A stretch of 64,000 nucleotides of DNA from Planctomycetota bacterium. Its GTDB lineage: Bacteria > Planctomycetota > PLA2 > JAEUHO01. Both the position numbers and the translations under genes were made by a program. The notes beneath the pieces were generated by a model. It made no database searches. It saw only the letters and a program-made list of their open reading frames with translations, and was not told where the DNA came from. The DNA is taken from assembly GCA_965223505.1 (NCBI GenBank), contig CBDCWP010000024.1, positions 32,001 through 96,000 on the forward strand. Reading direction: 5' to 3'. The first letter of the stretch is position 1; every line of letters starts with the position of its first letter. Below, one piece after another: positions 9,855-18,955 of the stretch.

Positions 9855-11084
9855 CTAGCGTTCCGTCGATGTCTCGGTTCGCCCGTAGCCCGGCGGGCGC
9901 GCCAGCAACACGATGCGCCCGCTGTAGCCCGACGCCAGCAGCTCTCGCGTCCCGTTGCGACCGTCCAACTCGGCGGCGGCGAGCCAGTGGCCCTTGTCGA
10001 GATCCTCGAAGAGCGTCTCTGCGATCCAGCCGTTGGGGCCGCGCGCCAACAGCTCGACCGTCTTGCTGTAGCCGAACACCGCAACCGTTTCCTCCGCCGC
10101 GCTCTTGCCGAACGTCCCGGCCGCGATGCCGCGCGGGCCCTGGGGTCCGAGATAGATCGTCTCCGTGCGCCAAGCGCCGTCGCTCGCCTCCTCGTGCCGA
10201 AGGATGCGGCCGTCGTCGTGTGTCGTGTAGAGCACGACCGGCTCGCCAGGCGCGTGCGGCTTCATCGCGATGCGGCCCTTGCCCATCGGCGCGCGGTAGA
10301 TCGTTTTCCACACGGGACCGTCCGGCGTGATCGTCAGAAGCTCCAGCTTGCCGGTCCGCGAAACGGTCGCGATCGGACGCGTGCCGTCGTGTCTCGAGGG
10401 CAGCGCAAGCGCGTCGCGTACGCGACCGCTCAGGTTCATCAGCTTCGTGATCGCGAAGCCGCCGTGTTCCGCAGTCGGCGTCAGCCGGTAGAGGCCGCCC
10501 GGACGCGTGAACACGAGGACCTCGTTTCCAGGCGTTCGCGGGTCGAGGTCGCCGGCGACGAGCGTGTGGATCTCGCGCCCCTCGATGCGCGCGATCAATC
10601 GTCCGTCCAGAAGCGTGTGCCCGTAGGCACGCACCTGGTAGATGTTGCCCTTTTGGCTTCCGGTGTAGATCTCGCTGCCCTCGACACGCGGATCGACGTC
10701 GCCGTGGGTCAAGCCGCCGAGCCATTTGCCGTCGTTGAGCAACGTGATCGGCGTCCAGCGTCCGCTGTACGACATGAGCACGTGGCAGCGTCCCTTGTCG
10801 TCGAGTCCAACGACCTCCGGACACCCCAGGTGGTCGAAGACCTGATAGGACTTCACCGTCCAGATGCCGACGCCGTCGTTGTCGATCACGAGCGACGCGT
10901 GCCAGCCCCCGGAGGCCGGCAGCGGCGCCTCGCCTTCGCGCGGATCCCGGTTCGGGGGGGCCGTCTCGGCCGCCGCGGGCTGCGCCACCGGCGTCGCCTC
11001 GTCCTTCTCGGGCTCTTCCGCCCGCAGCGGCGCCGCCGTCAGCATCAGGGTTGCGAGCAAGGCAAGTGTGCGAGCCACGTTCAC
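9855..11084 (-). CDS. Secreted beta-propeller / FG-GAP-like protein
   Basis: Signal peptide; repeated GDVDP..G.EI, GDLDP..GNEV, AELDG.NG..EL motifs; directly downstream of the TonB-dependent receptor. Confidence 0.7.
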   Translation of the reverse strand: MNVARTLALLATLMLTAAPLRAEEPEKDEATPVAQPAAAETAPPNRDPREGEAPLPASGGWHASLVIDNDGVGIWTVKSYQVFDHLGCPEVVGLDDKGRCHVLMSYSGRWTPITLLNDGKWLGGLTHGDVDPRVEGSEIYTGSQKGNIYQVRAYGHTLLDGRLIARIEGREIHTLVAGDLDPRTPGNEVLVFTRPGGLYRLTPTAEHGGFAITKLMNLSGRVRDALALPSRHDGTRPIATVSRTGKLELLTITPDGPVWKTIYRAPMGKGRIAMKPHAPGEPVVLYTTHDDGRILRHEEASDGAWRTETIYLGPQGPRGIAAGTFGKSAAEETVAVFGYSKTVELLARGPNGWIAETLFEDLDKGHWLAAAELDGRNGTRELLASGYSGRIVLLARPPGYGRTETSTER

Positions 11085-11087
11085 TCC

Positions 11088-13193
11088 TCAAAGATCCACG
11101 TTCAGATCGATCGAGACGTACCCCTGCCGCGGCGGCCCCGCGACGATCCCTCCGCCGAAGAATCCGCCGCGCGAATGCACGAGCCAGTCGTTGTCGAAGA
11201 GGTTCGTCACACCGACGGCGAGCTCGAGCGACGCACGGCGGCTGAACCGCCGCTGCTTGGCCAGCCGCGCGTCCCACAGCGTCACGGCTGGATTGATGCC
11301 CAGGTTGCCTTCGGCATTCTCGATTCGCGTGTTGGCGTCGTCGGAGAAGGACTCGCCGACGTACGTCCCGCCCAGCGACGCATGCCAGCCGCAGCGTTCG
11401 TAGCGCACGCGCCACGCGGCCTTCCGTTCCCAGGCATAGGGCGTCTCGTTGCCCCGGTTCGGACCGCTACGAATCTCCGAGTGCTGAAACGTCAGCGAGG
11501 CGTCACAGGACAGTCCGCGTAGCGCCGGGACGCATTCGCCGACGTCCCACGAAGCCTGGAAGTCCACGCCGCGCGCCTCGATGCGTCCCAGGTTCTCGTA
11601 GAAGCCCGTGTAGAAGACGCCGAAGTCGTCGTACTCCGTTCGCCACGCCGTCACGGAGCCGTTCAGACCGCGCCAGTCCTTCAGCCGGAGGCCGGCCTCC
11701 ATCGAGCGGCCGAGCTCGAAGTCGAGCGCGTCGCTTCCCGTCGTGAACGCGTAGCCCCAGACCTGGGGCGCCCGGAAGCCTTCGAAGTAGTTCGCGAAGA
11801 CGGCGGTGTAGGGCGACAGCTCGTAGGAGACGCCGACGCCGGGCAACACGCGGAAGAAGTCGTCGTCGAACGACCAGCCCCCGATGGGGTCCCGGCCTTC
11901 GGTGTTCGGAATCCACTCCATGCGCAGTCCGGCCTGCACCGTCAACCGCGGCAGAGGATGGAACGTGTCATCGATGTGCGCCGAGATCGTGTCGGTCTCG
12001 TAGCGCGCATCTTGGGTGAGCGTTCCGGCGCCGCCGGGGAAGGGCTCGCTACGCAGCTTCCAGCTCGGAATCCACTCCCGCTGGTAGCGCAGCCCGCCGT
12101 ACAGCTCGTGGCGGCATCCCGCGATTCGCAACGTCTTCTGGAAGCGCGCGCCAAGACCGACGAACCAGCTCGCATCCGTCCAGTCCGTGATCGTCGTGGC
12201 CATACCGAAGTGGGGCCGCTGCGCGCGCAAGTTGCGCCACGTTCGCGACGCGTATCCGAACGCCTCGAAAAAGTCGCCGCAGCCCTGATCCAGGTGCACG
12301 ACGACGTCGGCGACCTGGCGGTCCCCGTCGAATCGGTTGAACGGCCGCGCGTTGCCGAACCGGTCGGCGGCGAACTGGGCCTGCGTGAGTCCACCAGGCG
12401 CCTTGTGATCGCTGTCCATCGCGGACAGCGACGCCGCGATCCAGCTCTTCCGGCTCAGGGCGTAGCGCAACTTGAGGTTCACGTCCTGCTGGTCGAAAGC
12501 GCCGTCGTCGCGATAGCCGTCTCCGCGACGATCGACGAACGTCGCCAGGTACCCCCAGCGACCGTGGGTACCGCCGACGCTGCCCAGGAGACTGCGGTAG
12601 CCGAACGTGCCGGCGGTTGCGCGCGCATGGAACGTCGGGCACGCCGGAATCGGCTCGGTGATGAAGTTCAGGATGCCGCCGACGGTGTTCGGCGAATAGC
12701 GCACGCTGTGCGCGCCGCGCACGTAGTCGAGCGCGTACACGCGATCGGTCGTGATCGGCAGAAACGAGAACGCGGTCCAGCCGTAGGGCAAGGGACTGGC
12801 CGGCACACCGTCGATGAGCACGTGGACGTACTCGGTCAAGCCGTCGTCCGGCAGACCGCGCATCGAGAAGCTGGGCGCCGCGGCCTCGCCGCCGTTGTAG
12901 GGACGCGACGACAACGCGGGCAGATGGTGAACGAGATCGTTGAGGTCGCGGGCGCCGGTCTCGCGCACTCGCTTCGGGCCGAACACGTCGCGCGATCCGA
13001 TTGCATCGAGCGGCACCTCTGGCACTGCGCGCTCGCTGTCGGCCGGACGCGCACGCGACATGGAGAGCCTCGAGCCCGTGACGACGACGCCGGGCAGATC
13101 CGGCATGTCGACGGCGTCGGGCTCCTCCTCGTCGGCGCGCGCGGCGTCGCAGACCAAGACCAAAAGCGCGAAGAGAACGATCCACGGCTTCAT
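11088..13193 (-). CDS. TonB-dependent outer-membrane receptor (FecA-like)
   Basis: Signal peptide, TonB box VVVTGSR, plug motifs RGL..VLIDGVP..PYG and DYVRGAHSVRYSPNTVGGILNFIT, GVTNLFD, terminal beta strand. Confidence 0.9.
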   Translation of the reverse strand: MKPWIVLFALLVLVCDAARADEEEPDAVDMPDLPGVVVTGSRLSMSRARPADSERAVPEVPLDAIGSRDVFGPKRVRETGARDLNDLVHHLPALSSRPYNGGEAAAPSFSMRGLPDDGLTEYVHVLIDGVPASPLPYGWTAFSFLPITTDRVYALDYVRGAHSVRYSPNTVGGILNFITEPIPACPTFHARATAGTFGYRSLLGSVGGTHGRWGYLATFVDRRGDGYRDDGAFDQQDVNLKLRYALSRKSWIAASLSAMDSDHKAPGGLTQAQFAADRFGNARPFNRFDGDRQVADVVVHLDQGCGDFFEAFGYASRTWRNLRAQRPHFGMATTITDWTDASWFVGLGARFQKTLRIAGCRHELYGGLRYQREWIPSWKLRSEPFPGGAGTLTQDARYETDTISAHIDDTFHPLPRLTVQAGLRMEWIPNTEGRDPIGGWSFDDDFFRVLPGVGVSYELSPYTAVFANYFEGFRAPQVWGYAFTTGSDALDFELGRSMEAGLRLKDWRGLNGSVTAWRTEYDDFGVFYTGFYENLGRIEARGVDFQASWDVGECVPALRGLSCDASLTFQHSEIRSGPNRGNETPYAWERKAAWRVRYERCGWHASLGGTYVGESFSDDANTRIENAEGNLGINPAVTLWDARLAKQRRFSRRASLELAVGVTNLFDNDWLVHSRGGFFGGGIVAGPPRQGYVSIDLNVDL

Positions 13194-13909
13194 AACGCCC
13201 TCCTGTCGAGTCGGAAATGGACCGGAAGCCGCGTGCGCCGGACGGCGCCCGCCGGTCCGAAGCGATACGCGCGCGCCAGCGCGAGCGCCGCGCGATCGAG
13301 CCGGCTGTCGCCGCTGCTTCGGTCCACCAGTGCGTGGGTGACGCGGCCCTGCTCGTCGATCGTGATGCGCACCCAGACCGATCCCGACCGTCCCTCGCGA
13401 AGCGCCGGCAGCGGGTAGTAGCGGCGAGGATCGGGCGCGAACAAGACGCGCAACGGCTGCGGCGCAGAGCGGGCGTGCGGGCGCGTCACGGGCCACGCGG
13501 GCTGCGGCTGCACCGGGGGCGGTCTCGCCGTCGCCGGAGCGGGAGGCGGCGCCGCCGAGCGCCGGCGACGAAACAGCGAAACCGGAATCTCGATGCCTTC
13601 GAGCGGCGCCGCGACGGGCTTGGCGATCGGCGCGAGCTCGATCACGGCCGCCGGCGGATCCACTTCGACGACGTCGTCGAGGAACGGCGCGGTGTCGTCG
13701 ACCGTCGGAAGCGCCTCGGGGAGCGTCTCCGCGGTCGACGGGAAGACGTCGGACGACGGCGCCACTCGAACCGCAGTGAACGCTCGACGTTCCGGTCGCG
13801 GTGACGTCGTCGTAGCCAGGATGATCGCCAGCAACGCACCGCCATGCAGCGCCACCGAGGCGATCCAGGCCCAGCGCACGCGTGTGTCACCCTGCCGATG
13901 CATCGCCAT
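13190..13909 (-). CDS. tonB: Energy transducer TonB
   Basis: SVALHG TM motif, Pro-rich linker, YP..ALREGRSGSVWVRITIDEQGRV, SSG..LDRAAL. Confidence 0.9.
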   Translation of the reverse strand: MAMHRQGDTRVRWAWIASVALHGGALLAIILATTTSPRPERRAFTAVRVAPSSDVFPSTAETLPEALPTVDDTAPFLDDVVEVDPPAAVIELAPIAKPVAAPLEGIEIPVSLFRRRRSAAPPPAPATARPPPVQPQPAWPVTRPHARSAPQPLRVLFAPDPRRYYPLPALREGRSGSVWVRITIDEQGRVTHALVDRSSGDSRLDRAALALARAYRFGPAGAVRRTRLPVHFRLDRRAL

Positions 13910-14027
13910 GACACGCGCAATTGGTGTTCCTCGAACGGGGTCTGAGGAACAGGACGCAACGGCGCCATCAAACGCTTCGAAACCTGCGCACGCTGCCGCA
14001 GAACGCCGTTTTCGGGGTTACACCGCG

Positions 14028-16073
14028 CTACCGCTGCATCATGTCTTGCAACGCTTCGATCGCCGGCATGAGATCCTGCCGGTCCTCGAGCAGCGGCGCG
14101 AACAGATCGCCGCGGGCGTCGAGCCGGGGCGGCACCGTCTGGATCGTGAACTGCGACGGATGCAGATCCTCGGCCAGCTCGTCCCATTCGAGCGGCGTCG
14201 AGACCGTCGCGCCGCGCACCGGGCGGACGACGTACGGCGGCACGATCGTCTGCCCGCGCCGGTTCTGACCGAAGTCGACGTAGACCCGTCCTTCGCGCTT
14301 CCCGATCACCCGCTCGACGGTCGCGATGTCGCTCGAGTCGCGCGCGACAACGCGCGCGACGCCCTCGCAGAACATGCGTGCCTGGTCGTACGAGTAGCCC
14401 GGCAACAAGGGTATGTGAATGTGCAAGCCGGTCGCGCCCGAGGTCTTCAGCAGCGGCCGCAGCCCGACGTCGTGCAGGATCTCCCCCACCTTGCGGGCGA
14501 TCTCGATCACGTGGTTGAAGGGCGCCTCCTTCGGATCGAGATCGATGACCGCGTAGTCGGGCGACGCGAGCGAGCCGCGCCGCGACATCCAGGGATGCAA
14601 GTCGATGCTCCCGAGATTGGCGAGCAGGCGCAGCGTGTCGCGCTCGTTGCAGAGCATGTACTGCGCGCCCTCCTCCTTGTCGTCGCCTTCGATCGGAACG
14701 GTCTCCACCCAGTCCGGTATCAGGTCGCGCACGTTCTTCTGATAGAAGCTCTTGCCCTCGATGCCGTCGGGGAACCGGTTCATGTGCAGCGGCCGGTCGC
14801 GCAGGTACGGCAGGATCACGTCGGCAACGCGCTCGTAGTACGCGATCAGATCGCCCTTCGTGAAGCCCTCCGCGGGCCAGTAGACCTTCTCGAGATTCGT
14901 GTACTTCACGCGCGAGCGTCCCTGCGAGGGTCGAATGCGCGTCAGCGCCTCGCCGACATGCAGGCCGTCGGCGGCGGCACCCGCAACGGGAATCTCGCGC
15001 CACGCGTCCGAAGGACCGGCCTCGTACACGCTGTTCGCGCGCTTTGCGACGACCGACGGCAGGCCTGCCGCCTCGACGGCGTTGGCAAGCTGCTCGCCGT
15101 TGCCCGGAACGTGATCGACGAAGAGGACGTGCGCCGACGGCGGCAGGACGGCCCGCAGCGCCGCCTTGCGGTCCACCAGCGGCAGCGAACGCAGGTCGAA
15201 CTCGTCGAAGTACAGCAGATCGAACGCGTAGAAGTGGACCGCGCGGTCGTTCTCGCCGGCCAAGCGGCTCTGCAGGAGCGTGCTCGAAGGACGGCCGGCG
15301 TCGTCGGGGACCACGAGGACGCCGTCGAGCAGCGCGCGGTCCGCTCTGAGCGTCGCGCCGTCGTTTCGGATGTCGGACAGCTCGGCGCCGACGTCCCTCA
15401 GCGACACGTCGCCGCCGCGCTTCTCCAAGAACGCGCGTCGGCCCACGAACCGCATCTCGAACAGCCACGCGGGATCCGAGAACGGCTCGCTGTTCGCGCC
15501 GACGCCCATGGGTTCGACCACGTCGGGCATCGGCGCGCGCTCGGCGCGCTCGATGTCCACGCCCAGCACGGAGCTGCGCGGCGTCCCGCTATAGCGATCC
15601 TTCGACTTGAAGAGGAGCCAGTCGCGCTCGCCCTGCTTCGTCTTGACCAGGTGCCACTCCCCGCGCAACTTCCGTCCGCGCAGGATGATCTTGAGCTCGC
15701 CGCTCTTCACCGCCTCGGGACCGCTGTCGGCCAACACGACCTCGTAGACGCCGCGATCCCAGATGGTCATCGTCCCCGCGCCGTACTGGCCCTTCGGAAT
15801 CACACCGGAGAAGTGCTCGTACTCGAGCGGATGGTCTTCGGTCCGAATCGCGAGGTGCTTGTCGGCGGGGTCGTAGGAGAAACCCTTCGGCACGGCCCAG
15901 GAGCGCAACACGCCCTCCATCTCCAGGCGCAGGTCGTAGTGGAGCCGCGTCGCGTCGTGGCGGTGCACGACGAAAACAGGCTCGTCGCCGCGGACGCCGG
16001 CGTCACCGGGAGCGGGCTCCGGCGTACGCTCGAAGTCGCGCTTCTTCCGATAGTCGTCGATCGAGTCGCCCAC
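14028..16073 (-). CDS. ligD: LigD-like protein: phosphoesterase + degenerate ligase + primase-polymerase
   Basis: PE domain (YRKKRDFERTPEP, HDATRLHYDLRLE, SWAVPKG, TEDHPLEY); POL domain (RFPDGI, DLDP, KTSG.TGLH, VDFGQN, VSTPLEWDE); ligase motif I reads FEMRFVGRR. Confidence 0.9.
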   Translation of the reverse strand: MGDSIDDYRKKRDFERTPEPAPGDAGVRGDEPVFVVHRHDATRLHYDLRLEMEGVLRSWAVPKGFSYDPADKHLAIRTEDHPLEYEHFSGVIPKGQYGAGTMTIWDRGVYEVVLADSGPEAVKSGELKIILRGRKLRGEWHLVKTKQGERDWLLFKSKDRYSGTPRSSVLGVDIERAERAPMPDVVEPMGVGANSEPFSDPAWLFEMRFVGRRAFLEKRGGDVSLRDVGAELSDIRNDGATLRADRALLDGVLVVPDDAGRPSSTLLQSRLAGENDRAVHFYAFDLLYFDEFDLRSLPLVDRKAALRAVLPPSAHVLFVDHVPGNGEQLANAVEAAGLPSVVAKRANSVYEAGPSDAWREIPVAGAAADGLHVGEALTRIRPSQGRSRVKYTNLEKVYWPAEGFTKGDLIAYYERVADVILPYLRDRPLHMNRFPDGIEGKSFYQKNVRDLIPDWVETVPIEGDDKEEGAQYMLCNERDTLRLLANLGSIDLHPWMSRRGSLASPDYAVIDLDPKEAPFNHVIEIARKVGEILHDVGLRPLLKTSGATGLHIHIPLLPGYSYDQARMFCEGVARVVARDSSDIATVERVIGKREGRVYVDFGQNRRGQTIVPPYVVRPVRGATVSTPLEWDELAEDLHPSQFTIQTVPPRLDARGDLFAPLLEDRQDLMPAIEALQDMMQR

Positions 16074-16768
16074 TAGGTGAACCGCTTCGCGAACGCCTCG
16101 GCGACGAGAGGTCCGGTGGCCTCGTCCTCGTGCTTGAAGAACACGTGTACCGCCTCCCAAGGCAGGTCGGAGATGGCGGCCTCCCAGGCATCGAGCTCCT
16201 TCTTCGCATACTTTTCTTTGCGAAGCCGCAAGTAGCCGTACGACGCCGTCGCGACGACGGGCGGCGTCAGCTCATCCGTCTCCGAGATCACGAGCGCGAC
16301 GTCGTGAGCCTTGAGCACGTCGTACGTCTCTTCGTCGAACCAGCTCTCGTGCCGAAACTCGAACGCCGACCTCCACCCCGCGGGTAGAATCCTCAGGAAG
16401 GCCTTCAGACGATCGATGTCCTTGCGCAGGTACGGCGGCAGCTGGAACAGCATGGGCCCCTGCTTGTCGCCGAGCTCCTTGGCGCTACGCACCACCCAGC
16501 CGAGCGGCTCTTCGGCGTCCTTGAGGCGCTTCTTGTGGGTAATCCGCATCGAGGCCTTGAGCACGAACGAGAAGCCGTCCGGCACGGCGTCGGCCCAGTT
16601 CCGGACGACCTCCCGCTTCGGAACGCGGTAGAAGGTGTTGTTGATCTCGACCGTGCGAAGCCGGCTCGCGTAGTACGCGAGGAACTTCTTCTGCACCAGA
16701 TCGTCCGGATAGAACTTCCCCTTCCACTCCTTGTAGGCGTAGCCGCTCGTGCCGACCCGGACGTCCAT
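16073..16768 (-). CDS. DUF72 (YecE-like) protein
   Basis: VGTSGYAYKEWKG.FYP, VEINNTFY, LFQLPP, FEFRHESW, YLRLR. Confidence 0.92.
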   Translation of the reverse strand: MDVRVGTSGYAYKEWKGKFYPDDLVQKKFLAYYASRLRTVEINNTFYRVPKREVVRNWADAVPDGFSFVLKASMRITHKKRLKDAEEPLGWVVRSAKELGDKQGPMLFQLPPYLRKDIDRLKAFLRILPAGWRSAFEFRHESWFDEETYDVLKAHDVALVISETDELTPPVVATASYGYLRLRKEKYAKKELDAWEAAISDLPWEAVHVFFKHEDEATGPLVAEAFAKRFT

Positions 16769-16814
16769 CCCGAGAGGATACCGGTACGGCCAAGCGGGCG
16801 TGTAGGGTCACGGC

Positions 16815-17846
16815 GTGCACATCGACGACCTGGACTACGAGCTACCTGACGAGCTGATCGCGCAGGAGCCGGCGGCGCGCCGCGACGACGCGCGCATGCT
16901 CGTGTTGGACCGCGCGAAGGACGCGGTCTCCCACGCGGGCGTCCGCGATCTACCGGCGCATCTGCGCGCGGGGGACCTCTTGGTGCTGAACGACACACGC
17001 GTCCTACCCGCTCGTGTCTACACGATGCGTTCGACCGGCGGCCGCGTGGAGCTGCTCTTCCTCGAGCCGCAGGGCGAAGGATGGCTCGCCCTGGCCCGCT
17101 CGGGCGGCCGGTTGCAAGCGGGCGAGCCGCTCACGGTCGACAACGCGACGCTTCGACTCTCGGCCCGGCACGCGGGCGGCCGGTGGCTCGTGACGTGCGA
17201 CGGGGACGTCGAACGGGTCATGGCCGAGCACGGTCGCATGCCGCTGCCGCCGTACATCCGGCGCGACGTCGACGACGGTCGCGCGGCCATGGATGCCGAG
17301 CGCTACCAGACGCTGTACGCCGCGCACGAGGGCGCCGTAGCCGCGCCGACCGCCGGACTGCATCTGACCCCCGCCGTCTTCGACGCACTCTCCGCCGAAG
17401 GCGTCGAGAGGGCGTTCGTCACGCTACACGTGGGACTGGGCACGTTCGAACCGGTTCGGTCCGAACGGCTCGAAGATCACGACATGCACATGGAGCGATA
17501 TGCCGTTGCCCCGGAGACGGCGGACGCCGTCCGCCGCACGAAAGCGCGGGGCGGCCGTGTCGTCGCCGTGGGCACGACGTCGGTTCGCGCGCTGGAAGCG
17601 GCCGCGTTGGCCGCGCCGGACGGACTGCCGCTTCCGGGCTGGGGCCACACGGACCTCTTGATCGCCCCGGGCTTCACGTTCCAGGTCGTGGACGCGCTGC
17701 TGACGAACTTCCATCTGCCCAAGTCGACGTTGATGGCGCTCGTGTCGGCCTTCGCCGGACGGGAGCGCATCCTGGACGCGTACCGCGCAGCCGTCGCGGA
17801 ACGCTATCGCTTCTACTCGTACGGCGATGCGATGCTGTTGCTGTGA
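16815..17846 (+). CDS. queA: S-adenosylmethionine:tRNA ribosyltransferase-isomerase
   Basis: DYELPDELIAQEP, NDTRVLPAR, PLPPYI, AAPTAGLH, TLHVGLGTF, VGTTSVRALE, TNFHLPKSTL, YRFYSYGDAM. Confidence 0.97.
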   Translation: MHIDDLDYELPDELIAQEPAARRDDARMLVLDRAKDAVSHAGVRDLPAHLRAGDLLVLNDTRVLPARVYTMRSTGGRVELLFLEPQGEGWLALARSGGRLQAGEPLTVDNATLRLSARHAGGRWLVTCDGDVERVMAEHGRMPLPPYIRRDVDDGRAAMDAERYQTLYAAHEGAVAAPTAGLHLTPAVFDALSAEGVERAFVTLHVGLGTFEPVRSERLEDHDMHMERYAVAPETADAVRRTKARGGRVVAVGTTSVRALEAAALAAPDGLPLPGWGHTDLLIAPGFTFQVVDALLTNFHLPKSTLMALVSAFAGRERILDAYRAAVAERYRFYSYGDAMLLL

Positions 17847-18955
17847 CGGATCCGTTGACCACCGTTTTCGAGACCGCCGCGTCGTTCGGCTTCGACGTGG
17901 TCGGCGTCACGTCGGCGGCGCCGTTGGACGAAGCGCTGGTGAAGCTCGAGTCCTGGACGTCGGCGGGACACGGCGCGGACCTCCACTACATGACGCGCGA
18001 CCCGCCGCAGCGCGCCGACGCGCGCACGTTGTTGAAGTGCGTTCGCTCGGTGGTCACCGTGGCGGTCAACCACTGGGTCGACGCGCCGGCGTTCGAGGCC
18101 GAGGGCCGCTATGGCCGTATCGCCCGCTACGCCTGGGGACGCGACTATCACGACGTCGTGATCCCGCGGCTGCGTGAGCTCGGTGAGGCACTGACCTCGA
18201 CGTTCGGCGGCGCCGAGGCCAAGGTGGCGTGCGATCACTCGCCGTTCCTCGAGCGCGCGGCAGCCGTGCGGGCGGGGTTGGGGTTCTTCGGCAAGAACAC
18301 CTGCCTGCTGCTGCCGCGCAAGGGATCGTGGTACTTCCTCGGCGAGGTGCTGCTGGACGTCGAGCTGCCGAACACCGAGACCGACAACACCGATCACTGC
18401 GGAACGTGCACGGACTGCCTCGTCGCTTGTCCGACGGACGCGTTTCCGGAGCCGTACGTACTCGACGCACGGCGTTGCATCTCGTACTTGACGATCGAGC
18501 ACGATGGACCGATCCCGCGCGAGCTGCGCGAGCGCATGGGCGCGTGGATCTTCGGATGCGACGTCTGCCAGGACGTGTGCCCGTTCAACCGTTTCGCGAC
18601 GCCCGCGCCGTGGCCGGAGCTTCGACCCGAAGCCGGGGCCGGCACGCGTCTCGATCTCGAAGCGCTTCTCTCCATCCCCGACGACGCGTCGTTCGACGCC
18701 CGCTTCGAGGGCACGCCGCTGCTTCGGCCGGGTCGCAGCGGCATGCTGCGCAACGCCGCGATCGCGGCACGCAACGTCGGAGCGACGAGCGCCGTACCCG
18801 TGCTCGCACGACTCGTGCGCGAGGACGCGGACGCGACGGTCCGCAGCCACGCGCTCTGGGCGTTGCGCGGCCTCGACGAGGGCCGGGCGCGCGCGGCGGC
18901 CGACATCGCGTTACGCGACCCCGATCCGCTCGTTCGCGCCGAGGCCGCGGTGTGA
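17843..18955 (+). CDS. queG: Epoxyqueuosine reductase with C-terminal HEAT repeats
   Basis: IARYAWGRDYH, ERAAAVRAGLGFFGKN, CGTCTDCLVACPT, CISYLTIE, FGCDVCQDVCPFN; GTGA overlap with queA. Confidence 0.96.
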   Translation: MTDPLTTVFETAASFGFDVVGVTSAAPLDEALVKLESWTSAGHGADLHYMTRDPPQRADARTLLKCVRSVVTVAVNHWVDAPAFEAEGRYGRIARYAWGRDYHDVVIPRLRELGEALTSTFGGAEAKVACDHSPFLERAAAVRAGLGFFGKNTCLLLPRKGSWYFLGEVLLDVELPNTETDNTDHCGTCTDCLVACPTDAFPEPYVLDARRCISYLTIEHDGPIPRELRERMGAWIFGCDVCQDVCPFNRFATPAPWPELRPEAGAGTRLDLEALLSIPDDASFDARFEGTPLLRPGRSGMLRNAAIAARNVGATSAVPVLARLVREDADATVRSHALWALRGLDEGRARAAADIALRDPDPLVRAEAAV

